A stretch of DNA of 20,000 bases from an uncultured virus (IMG/VR IMGVR_UViG_3300011113_000633). Lineage: Duplodnaviria > Heunggongvirae > Uroviricota > Caudoviricetes. Every line of letters begins with the position of its first letter. The first letter of the stretch is position 1. The notes beneath the pieces are model-generated. The model was not told where the DNA came from and ran no database searches. It saw only the letters and a list, made by a program, of their open reading frames with translations. The DNA is taken from IMG/VR virus record IMGVR_UViG_3300011113_000633. One strand, written 5' to 3'. Positions 1 through 7,040 of this stretch are shown here, piece after piece. Made by a program: the position numbers and the translations under genes.

Positions 1-1
1 A

Positions 2-619
2 ATTTTGTCTAGTGCTGCTGTTGGTGGAGCAAACGTTGAATCAATTGAATCGTTGCGAAATAACATACCAAACTCTTTTGCAACACAAGACCGTGCTGTA
101 TCTTTAAGTGATTATAAGGCGCTTGTTTTACAAGTTGCTGGTGTTGCTAAAGGCACTGCTTCTTATTCAAGTGGAACAGTTACTATTTATGCTGCGCCAT
201 TTACGGAAGATTACTTAACATACTCGTCTTCAACATTGCCTGTTAACGCTACTTTACAAACCAACATTATTGAGTATTACGAACCTCGTCAAATGATTGG
301 GGCAAGCGTAACGGCGGCTAGTGCAATTAACTTAACAGCAGTCAACGTAACTGCTACCGTAAACGTGTTGCCAGGATACATTGCAAGTAAAGTTGCTGAA
401 TCTGTTGAAACAGCCTTGGACACGTTGTTTGAATTTGAGAATGTTTTCTTTAACCAAACTTTGTCAAAAGGCCAAATATACAGAACAATTCTTGATGTTC
501 CTGGTGTTGATTATGTAACCCTTTCTTTACCAAGCACTGAAACCGTAACGTCTGGTGCATATGGCTTGTTAAAAAAAGGAACCTATACACTTACAACCGT
601 TGGTGGAGTTACTGGTTAA
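2..619 (+). CDS. Baseplate J/wedge (T4 gp6-like) protein, C-terminal part (5'-truncated by window edge)
   Basis: Frame is open from position 2. The motif AVGGANVESIESLRNNIP..F.TQDRAVSLSDY and the C-terminal 'ILDVPGVDYV' are typical of baseplate J/gp6 proteins. Confidence 0.85.
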   Translation: MLSSAAVGGANVESIESLRNNIPNSFATQDRAVSLSDYKALVLQVAGVAKGTASYSSGTVTIYAAPFTEDYLTYSSSTLPVNATLQTNIIEYYEPRQMIGASVTAASAINLTAVNVTATVNVLPGYIASKVAESVETALDTLFEFENVFFNQTLSKGQIYRTILDVPGVDYVTLSLPSTETVTSGAYGLLKKGTYTLTTVGGVTG

Positions 620-2584
620 ATGGCTTTAATATCTTTTCGGTTACGCCGAACCGATGATGTTGGTTCTTATGTTCGCGAAGAAAGCCGACTAGATTCTGCA
701 CTTCGTAGTGACTCATATGTAACCCCAACAGATTCATCTGGGTTCTCGTCGTTTAGTGCAACGGTAATGAACGTTGAAGAACAAACTGTAATAGATGCAG
801 GACGACCAGGCGGTCAATACACCGTTTATGAATACGACGTGTTGACAGAATGGACATTGACTGAAGCGTTGGTTTCTTCTCCAGCAACCGTTTCACCAAC
901 TGAAATACATTTAATAGTTAACCAATACGGAGAACCACTTACAGTTGAAGATGGTACAACAATCTTTACTTGTAATAGTTCATCTTTTGTAAACACCTTT
1001 CGTCACATTAGTGCGTTATACAAACCTGGAACTTGGTTGTACTACGGTTTTTTTATTAAATACTCAGATGGCTCAACAGAATGGTTTGAGCGTGCTGCAA
1101 CAGTAACAGTTCAATTGCCAAAATATTACCAATCAGTTGAAGACCTTTGGAAACGAATTCCAGAGTACTACAGGGCTGCTGACTACGCCGAAGGGAAAGG
1201 TCATCTTAAAAAGTACTTGTCGTTGTTTGGCTGGGAACTTGATAAAACACGAAGTTTAATTGACAGTTTAATAACTATAAATGACCCTGTTACTTCTCCA
1301 ACTGCAACCCTTGATGCCATTGCCAAACAATTAGGAGTGCCAGTAACTTCATTGGACGTTGGGACATCCAGGCTTAGAAGCGTCCTTTTAAATATTTTTA
1401 ACCTTCGCCAACGCAAAGGAACGATTGACGGAACAACTTCTTTTATTTCTGCAATGTCTGGTTGTCAATCTCGTTTTGATTCAAATACAAATACTTTTTA
1501 TGTGTATTCGCAACGAGTTAATCTTTTATCAGACCCTAAATTTAGGCAACAAGATATTTCTTTTTATTTAGGAAACCCGTCTGTACTTGATAGAACACCT
1601 TTTACACTTCGTAGTGAGAGTGGTGGTTCTGCCTTACGTAACCCAGACGCAAATGATGATGCAATCAGAAACTACAACTCAAACCCTTTGTCTGTAGGAG
1701 AGTTAGCAGAATACACAACGACTTTAACAACCGATACTGCGGCTTCTGTAGGTTGGGGTGTTTACACGTATGGAAGTGCTTTTTCTGGAGGTGCTTCTGT
1801 TCCTGTTATTAACACAGTTATTTATGACGGTGAAGAAACGGCGGGTGCTTCGGTTTCTGTTGTTTATGCAAACGGAGATGGTATTAAAATTGAAATTCCA
1901 AATGATGCAACTGGTCCTCAAGTAGTTGTTGTATACGGAAGAAAACCTTTTTATTACCGAAATGATGTTACTTATTACAGTTCTTTTAACTGCAATCTTT
2001 CAGGAGCATCTTTTGTTAACCTTCGTTTTATAACTAACGATAACATTAATAGTTTTATAGAAATTGACCCACCAGACTCTATTGGTGAAGCATTGTTTTA
2101 TGATTCATGGAATACTGAAAGCGCCGCAAATCAAGACATATTTTTATATGGAAACACTGCTTATTACAACGCCAGTGCGCCTGGTTTGGCAACCGCTGGT
2201 CGCTTTAGTTTGCAACATCCAGAATCTCCAGACATTGACAACGTTGAAAAGGCTGTAGTTCCAGCATTAGTATTCTTTGCAGACCCAGGTGACTCTATCA
2301 TTGTCTCTAAATGGTTGGTTGAACCTAATGCCGTAGGACGTTATTTTGATGGAGATGACATCTATGGTGGTTTTATTCAACAGGCAAACCAACCAAGCAT
2401 TGTTGGTGTTGCAGACTACCGATGGGGTCCAAACGGCGGCGAAGACAATGAAAACTTTTCGTACTACACCCTTGATTATGCGAGAGTTACAAACGCGGTA
2501 GAACGTGTTGTTGAAGACACTTTGATACCTGTTAACATGATTGGCAACTACACTATTGAATGGAACACTATCCCAGGAGACTAA
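620..2584 (+). CDS. Phage tail/baseplate protein with P2 gpI-like domain
   Basis: 654 aa, directly after baseplate J. The central segment LWKRIPEYYR..D..LKKYLSLFG..LDAIAKQLG..RLRSVL..RKGT resembles the P2 gpI tail domain; the C-terminal region is beta-rich. Confidence 0.75.
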   Translation: MALISFRLRRTDDVGSYVREESRLDSALRSDSYVTPTDSSGFSSFSATVMNVEEQTVIDAGRPGGQYTVYEYDVLTEWTLTEALVSSPATVSPTEIHLIVNQYGEPLTVEDGTTIFTCNSSSFVNTFRHISALYKPGTWLYYGFFIKYSDGSTEWFERAATVTVQLPKYYQSVEDLWKRIPEYYRAADYAEGKGHLKKYLSLFGWELDKTRSLIDSLITINDPVTSPTATLDAIAKQLGVPVTSLDVGTSRLRSVLLNIFNLRQRKGTIDGTTSFISAMSGCQSRFDSNTNTFYVYSQRVNLLSDPKFRQQDISFYLGNPSVLDRTPFTLRSESGGSALRNPDANDDAIRNYNSNPLSVGELAEYTTTLTTDTAASVGWGVYTYGSAFSGGASVPVINTVIYDGEETAGASVSVVYANGDGIKIEIPNDATGPQVVVVYGRKPFYYRNDVTYYSSFNCNLSGASFVNLRFITNDNINSFIEIDPPDSIGEALFYDSWNTESAANQDIFLYGNTAYYNASAPGLATAGRFSLQHPESPDIDNVEKAVVPALVFFADPGDSIIVSKWLVEPNAVGRYFDGDDIYGGFIQQANQPSIVGVADYRWGPNGGEDNENFSYYTLDYARVTNAVERVVEDTLIPVNMIGNYTIEWNTIPGD

Positions 2585-2838
2585 TGGAACTATTACTTGC
2601 AGCACTAGCCGTTTACAAAGTTGTACAAATTTTAGATTTATTTTTGACAAAGGAACCAATGCCTTGGGTTAAAGTTGTTGCGACATTGGTTATGTCATAT
2701 GCAGCAGTTCTAATCTTATGGACCGAAATTATTTGGTTGCATGGACTTGTAGTTGCAACAATCGCTGGTATAGTGCACAGCCTAATTCGCATGATTACAC
2801 TCATGGGAGATATGGCAAGAACAAAATCGTTACGTTAA
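2584..2838 (+). CDS. Small membrane protein, possible holin (84 aa)
   Basis: ATG at 2584 overlaps the upstream TAA (TAATG). It has 2-3 hydrophobic segments and a basic C-terminus (ARTKSLR), and sits at the end of the tail module. No endolysin is seen in the window. Confidence 0.5.
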   Translation: MELLLAALAVYKVVQILDLFLTKEPMPWVKVVATLVMSYAAVLILWTEIIWLHGLVVATIAGIVHSLIRMITLMGDMARTKSLR

Positions 2839-2850
2839 AAGGAGAACAAC

Positions 2851-3528
2851 ATGAATCAGTTTGTAATACTTGGAGTAGGAAACACCTCTGAAAACATCAT
2901 AGAAGATTGTTTATTTGATTTGCCAAAGGACAGTATGTATCACATTTATACATACCGAACAAATTTGGAAGGAGTGTGCCGAGTCTACGATTGGTTGTTA
3001 GATAACAAAGCATCGTACATTGCGTATCACAATAACACAGCACCAGTAATGTTGACTAACGAAGCAACTAAAGCAGTTGAGTCAACCATAGATGAGATGA
3101 TTGACGTGGCGCGAAATATAAAAGCCACTGTTCTTTACTTATGGAACGACAAAGATGAAGTGGAGTCCGAGAAAGACGTAACCAAATTAATTGATAGCGG
3201 ATTACGTGTTCTTGACTTAACACAAGGTCTTACCCCATTCTTAATTGTTGACAACAAAAAAGAAGTAAACGACACTGTTGATTCTCTTAAACCAGTTACT
3301 CGTGAAGAGTATGAAGAGATGCCGTTGGCTTCGCTAAAACAACAAGCAGCAGCACATGGTGTTCCAGATAATAAACTTAAATCAAAAGAAGAAATGATTG
3401 AAGCATTGATAGAAGAAATGACAGCAACAGTGGTAGTTATTACTGGAAAGTTAGCCCCACTAGAATATCCAAAAGTATTTAAAGTTACAGAACAAGTAGC
3501 ACAACAAATAATCAACGACTTAACGTAA
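2851..3528 (+). CDS. Hypothetical protein: alpha/beta (possibly SLOG-like) domain plus Rho-N/HeH-like helical motif
   Basis: RBS AAGGAG upstream. YEEMPLASLKQQAAAHGVPDNKLKSKEEMIEALIE matches the helix-extended-helix (Rho-N/SAP-like) pattern. Confidence 0.55.
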   Translation: MNQFVILGVGNTSENIIEDCLFDLPKDSMYHIYTYRTNLEGVCRVYDWLLDNKASYIAYHNNTAPVMLTNEATKAVESTIDEMIDVARNIKATVLYLWNDKDEVESEKDVTKLIDSGLRVLDLTQGLTPFLIVDNKKEVNDTVDSLKPVTREEYEEMPLASLKQQAAAHGVPDNKLKSKEEMIEALIEEMTATVVVITGKLAPLEYPKVFKVTEQVAQQIINDLT

Positions 3529-3532
3529 TTAC

Positions 3533-3610
3533 GCAGGGGGACTGGAGGCGGAAAGGAGGTAGAAAAACCTCCAGCCCACACCCTGCTCAGCGTTCGGACA
3601 AGGACGCTGA
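3533..3610 (+). ncRNA. Putative structured RNA / cis-regulatory element (long stem-loop plus second hairpin)
   Basis: GCAGGG(3533-3538) pairs with CCCTGC(3581-3586) and CTGGAGG(3542-3548) with CCTCCAG(3568-3574). Hairpin TCAGCGTTC-GGACAA-GGACGCTGA at 3587-3610. The element is a GC-rich island in an AT-rich genome. Confidence 0.55.
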
Positions 3611-3644
3611 AATCAGTTTATCAAATAGGACGAGGAATAACACG

Positions 3645-4157
3645 ATGGCAAAAAGTAAATTTTCAGGACCGTTTCTACCCTTCCCACGTTGGGTACTTCA
3701 ATATCTTGGCAATGACTCAATCAGTAAAGTAGTATTATTAACTGTATTACTTTACATGGATGCTGATACCCAAGAACTAACAACTTCGTATGGACACGTA
3801 GCCAAATTGACTGGCTATTCGCGCAGAACCATCATTCGTTCTGTCAACCGCTTAGTTTCTGCTGGTGTCCTTATTCGTAAAAACCGTTCGGGCAAGCATG
3901 GAAACATCAGCAATAAGTACATCGTAAACTTTAACAATCCATCTACCCTAGTGTCTGCACAGACACCACCTAGTGTCCTCACTGACACCACTGGTAGTGA
4001 CACGTCTGACACCACCCCTAGTGTCCCCAGTGACACCCAATCAAGAATAACAATAAACAAGAATAACCATAACAAGAATCTCTCTTTCAAGAAGGAGAAA
4101 AAAAAGGACGAAATTACAAATGGTTACGTTATAGACGAAACGCTATTGTCAAAATGA
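3645..4157 (+). CDS. Replication initiator, winged helix-turn-helix (lambda O/replisome-organizer-like)
   Basis: The wHTH motif TSYGHVAKLTGYSRRTIIRSVNRLVSAGVLIRKNR..GNISNKYIV is followed by an iteron-encoded T/S/P-rich linker. The gene lies upstream of the DnaC-like loader and DnaB. Confidence 0.8.
   Translation: MAKSKFSGPFLPFPRWVLQYLGNDSISKVVLLTVLLYMDADTQELTTSYGHVAKLTGYSRRTIIRSVNRLVSAGVLIRKNRSGKHGNISNKYIVNFNNPSTLVSAQTPPSVLTDTTGSDTSDTTPSVPSDTQSRITINKNNHNKNLSFKKEKKKDEITNGYVIDETLLSK
3949..4037. repeat. Four palindromic iterons TAGTG(T/A)C-N6-GACACC (putative replication origin)
   Basis: Units start at 3949, 3971, 3995 and 4019 (spacing 22, 24, 24). The core GTGTC-N6-GACAC is an inverted repeat; unit 3 has GTGAC in the left arm. 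Confidence 0.85.
4038..4106. repeat. A-rich putative DNA-unwinding element with CAAGAA repeats
   Basis: CAAGAA occurs at 4042, 4058, 4073 and 4088 (period 15-16) in a strongly A-rich, strand-asymmetric tract right after the iterons. Confidence 0.65.
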
Positions 4158-4516
4158 ACGACGACTGGGGAAAGGCTCTAGGCTCAGATGAGGAGAAACC
4201 GATGATTACTAAAATGTCCACAAAAACAAAAAATACAACTATGGCTTTAGTTTACCACTTCAATAAATCCATAGAGTACCCAATGAACTTTGAAGTAAAC
4301 GCTTTGGCTTTGTCCAAAACATTTAAGACTTTGCGCGACAGTGGGGTTTCCTACGTTGACATGTACAACATGATTGACAGGTTCTTTTATGAAATCAAAC
4401 AAAAACCATTGCCAAAAGACGTGGCTACATGGGCAGCATTTATTAAACGACGAGACGATTTACTTCAGTGGGTGACAGCGAACTCTTCCAATTCCGACGT
4501 GTCGGAGTGGAAATGA
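4154..4516 (+). CDS. Hypothetical protein, replication module (120 aa)
   Basis: ATGA overlap with the initiator stop. Predicted helical; may correspond to an initiator C-terminal-type domain. Confidence 0.65.
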   Translation: MNDDWGKALGSDEEKPMITKMSTKTKNTTMALVYHFNKSIEYPMNFEVNALALSKTFKTLRDSGVSYVDMYNMIDRFFYEIKQKPLPKDVATWAAFIKRRDDLLQWVTANSSNSDVSEWK

Positions 4517-4731
4517 AAAAATGGTGGTTTTTCATAAAAGCATTTAACATTATTTTTAAAGTAAACACTGTTAAACAACAAGAAGAAAAAATTGAAATGT
4601 ATGTTTGTTCTTTGTGCGGGAGCATATACTTAGACAAACATTCGTACCTTACGCATTATAAAGTTGATGCGTGCACAGCACCAATGTATATTTTACCTAG
4701 CGACCCATTACACATAAAGGACACACTATGA
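4513..4731 (+). CDS. Small zinc-finger protein (C2H2-type spacing, 72 aa)
   Basis: ATG 4513 in an ATGA overlap, with GGAG upstream. YVCSLCGSIYLDKHSYLTHYKVDAC = C-x2-C-x12-H-x5-C. Confidence 0.6.
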   Translation: MKKWWFFIKAFNIIFKVNTVKQQEEKIEMYVCSLCGSIYLDKHSYLTHYKVDACTAPMYILPSDPLHIKDTL

Positions 4732-5366
4732 CAACAGGATGGAAAGGTGCTCGTTACTGGCGTAACAGGCCAATTGAAGAAAGACTAAGTAACTTACGAG
4801 TTCCACGGCGATTTGAATCAATGACATTGGAGTCATACGACAAGTCAACTGGAGACCAAGATGTTTACTATGCGGTTATGACTTGGTTAAAAAATGCAGA
4901 AGAAAACATCGCCACTGGAACTGGTTTGTATTTGTTTGGTGGCACTGGTGTAGGTAAGACACATCTTGCCATTGGTTTGTTAAAAGAAGTAGTTGCCAAA
5001 GTTCAAATTAGTGGTTACTACATACCAACCACAACATACATGGAAATGATGTATGACGAACTAAACAATGAAGGCACTCTTCCAGAAGAGTATGAATCTC
5101 CCTACACATCAAAATACTTACGAGCAGTTTATGACGTAGTTGTTCTTGACGGACTAGGAGACGAAAACGACACAGACTTTACACGCCGTTCAATTACCAA
5201 TTTACTAAATCAAAGAATCAACAATAATCTTCCAACAATTATTACAAGCCTATACAACCCTAAAAAGTTATCTTTGCGTTACGGAGAACGCTTTGTTTCT
5301 ATTTTGCAATCGGCGTGTCGGCTTGTTCCTGTATCGGGAACGGACCAACGCAATGCAGGGAAATGA
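4728..5366 (+). CDS. dnaC: DnaC/IstB-like AAA+ ATPase, helicase loader
   Basis: VPRRF..TLESY, Walker A GGTGVGKTHLA, Walker B VVVLDGLG, and R..NNLPTIITS and YGERFVS motifs. Confidence 0.9.
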   Translation: MTTGWKGARYWRNRPIEERLSNLRVPRRFESMTLESYDKSTGDQDVYYAVMTWLKNAEENIATGTGLYLFGGTGVGKTHLAIGLLKEVVAKVQISGYYIPTTTYMEMMYDELNNEGTLPEEYESPYTSKYLRAVYDVVVLDGLGDENDTDFTRRSITNLLNQRINNNLPTIITSLYNPKKLSLRYGERFVSILQSACRLVPVSGTDQRNAGK

Positions 5367-5784
5367 CATTGGTGAGTACTGGCAAAAAGGACAAGGCGTA
5401 GTTTTTGAAGGAGTTCTGACACAATTGTCGGACAGCCTTATTGCTAATTTTTATAAACAACGAGGTAATTGGAAAAAGTATTTGTCTTTATCCAAACCAT
5501 GTGAGTTGCCGTTAAAAGCAATGATAGATAGTTACAGCCGATTGGGTATAGCAACAGATGTTTATACTTTTATAGACAACGATGCAGTTGACGCAATTAA
5601 TGATTGGTTGCTGAGGAAAGGTATCTCGGTGGGTGTAATGTATTACCCCTCGGTGGAAGAACTAGCATACGATTTAAAGTTTCAACGTTCAGTTAGGACA
5701 ATATATGTTGAAACGCAAGAGCAAGCATCTATCATTGGGATACGTTCTCACGTAGTGGACACAAAGAAAGCGTGGATTAATTAA
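5353..5784 (+). CDS. Hypothetical protein, degenerate HAD-like fold (143 aa)
   Basis: Likely start MQGND at 5353, overlapping the end of the loader gene. VVFEGVL resembles HAD motif I (DxDGVL) without the catalytic Asp. Confidence 0.55.
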   Translation: MQGNDIGEYWQKGQGVVFEGVLTQLSDSLIANFYKQRGNWKKYLSLSKPCELPLKAMIDSYSRLGIATDVYTFIDNDAVDAINDWLLRKGISVGVMYYPSVEELAYDLKFQRSVRTIYVETQEQASIIGIRSHVVDTKKAWIN

Positions 5785-7040
5785 TGTCAAGTTCAGAGCA
5801 CTTACTAATTAGCAAGGTAATCACTGACAACGAAATCTTGCCCGTAATTGAAGCAGGGGTTAAACCACAGCACTTCTCAGCGCATTGGTCAAATGTTTGG
5901 GAATGGGTTGTTACCTATTGGCGAGAACACAACGCCGTTCCTTCTGAAAGAGCATTTAGTCAAGAACATGCCAATGTCTCTTTGGTGGACTCTTCCCGTG
6001 AGCAATTCTCCAACCTAATTGAGGAAATGCTTGAGTCATACCGTCACCAGAAACTTGTAGAAACGCTTGCAACAGCGGTCCCTATGCTGAACAACAATTT
6101 GACTTCAGAAGCGTTACACGCGCTTACAGAGGGCTTACAGACCGCTTCAGCCGATGTTGCCAGGTTACGCGACATCAACCTCATTGAAACTTGGGAGCAG
6201 CGAGTACAACGTTACCAATTGATGAAAGATACACCTAACGCCATCCGTGGAATACCAACTGGATTTGGTGGATTGGACAGGATTACATCTGGGTTACGAC
6301 CACAGCAGTTGATTACTTTTGTTGGTGAGGCAAAGAAGGGCAAATCTTTGATTACCTTGATTATGGCAAACGCCGTACACACTCACGGTAAGGTTCCGCT
6401 ATACATCTCGTTTGAAATGAGTGCAGAAGAACAATCAGCACGATACGACGCTCTTATTGCTGGAATATCGCACACAAAAATAATGCGAGGAGACTTAACC
6501 AATGCCGAAATTGAACGCATTAGAAAAGCAGTGTCAGTGCGAAAGAACATGCACCCATTTATTTTGTCTGAAGACATTTCGTCTTTGACCACAGTCAGTG
6601 CAATTGCAGGAAAAGTACAGCAACACAAACCTGATTTGTTAGTAGTTGACGGTGTATATTTGATGGATGACGAACAAGGTGAGCCAAAAGGTTCTCCACA
6701 AGCACTCACCAATATCACTAGGTCGTTAAAGCGCTTGGCTCAACGATTTGATATTCCTATTGTCGGTACAACTCAAGTGTTGAGTTGGAAGATTGGAAAC
6801 CGAAAAAGCAGGCAGATTACTGCTGAAGCCATTGGGTATACATCGTCTTTTGCTCAAGACTCTGACCTAGTGGTTGGCGTAGAGTCAGACCCTGATATTG
6901 AAAACCAAGCAATCTTGAGAGTGGTGCTTGCACGTACAGCACCAAAAGGCGAAGTAAGGATTAATTGGGATTGGAACAACATGGACTTTTCAGAGGTAGA
7001 AGATGACACTAACGATAGCAATGACAACTGGTATTACTAA
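5784..7040 (+). CDS. dnaB: DnaB-like (SF4) replicative DNA helicase
   Basis: GIPTGFGGLDRITSGLRP, Walker A GEAKKGKS, ISFEMS, LLVVDGVYLM, ITRSLKRLAQ and FAQDSD motifs. Confidence 0.95.
   Translation: MSSSEHLLISKVITDNEILPVIEAGVKPQHFSAHWSNVWEWVVTYWREHNAVPSERAFSQEHANVSLVDSSREQFSNLIEEMLESYRHQKLVETLATAVPMLNNNLTSEALHALTEGLQTASADVARLRDINLIETWEQRVQRYQLMKDTPNAIRGIPTGFGGLDRITSGLRPQQLITFVGEAKKGKSLITLIMANAVHTHGKVPLYISFEMSAEEQSARYDALIAGISHTKIMRGDLTNAEIERIRKAVSVRKNMHPFILSEDISSLTTVSAIAGKVQQHKPDLLVVDGVYLMDDEQGEPKGSPQALTNITRSLKRLAQRFDIPIVGTTQVLSWKIGNRKSRQITAEAIGYTSSFAQDSDLVVGVESDPDIENQAILRVVLARTAPKGEVRINWDWNNMDFSEVEDDTNDSNDNWYY

Noticed and set aside
3533..3610. tRNA or simple intrinsic terminator
   Set aside because: There is no cloverleaf, T-loop or CCA. 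No U-tract directly follows either hairpin on the + strand, although a terminator role cannot be fully excluded.
3949..4037. CRISPR-like mini-array (palindromic repeats, with a Cas4-like gene in the window)
   Set aside because: The variable parts are only 3-6 nt, far too short to be spacers. The repeats lie inside an initiator gene and fit iterons, and there are no cas1/cas2 genes.
5137..5166. Non-canonical Walker B in the loader (VVLDGLG), and DEAT in the SNF2 helicase, as signs of inactivation
   Set aside because: All other motifs are intact and such variants are plausible in phage ATPases, so this is not enough to call either enzyme dead.
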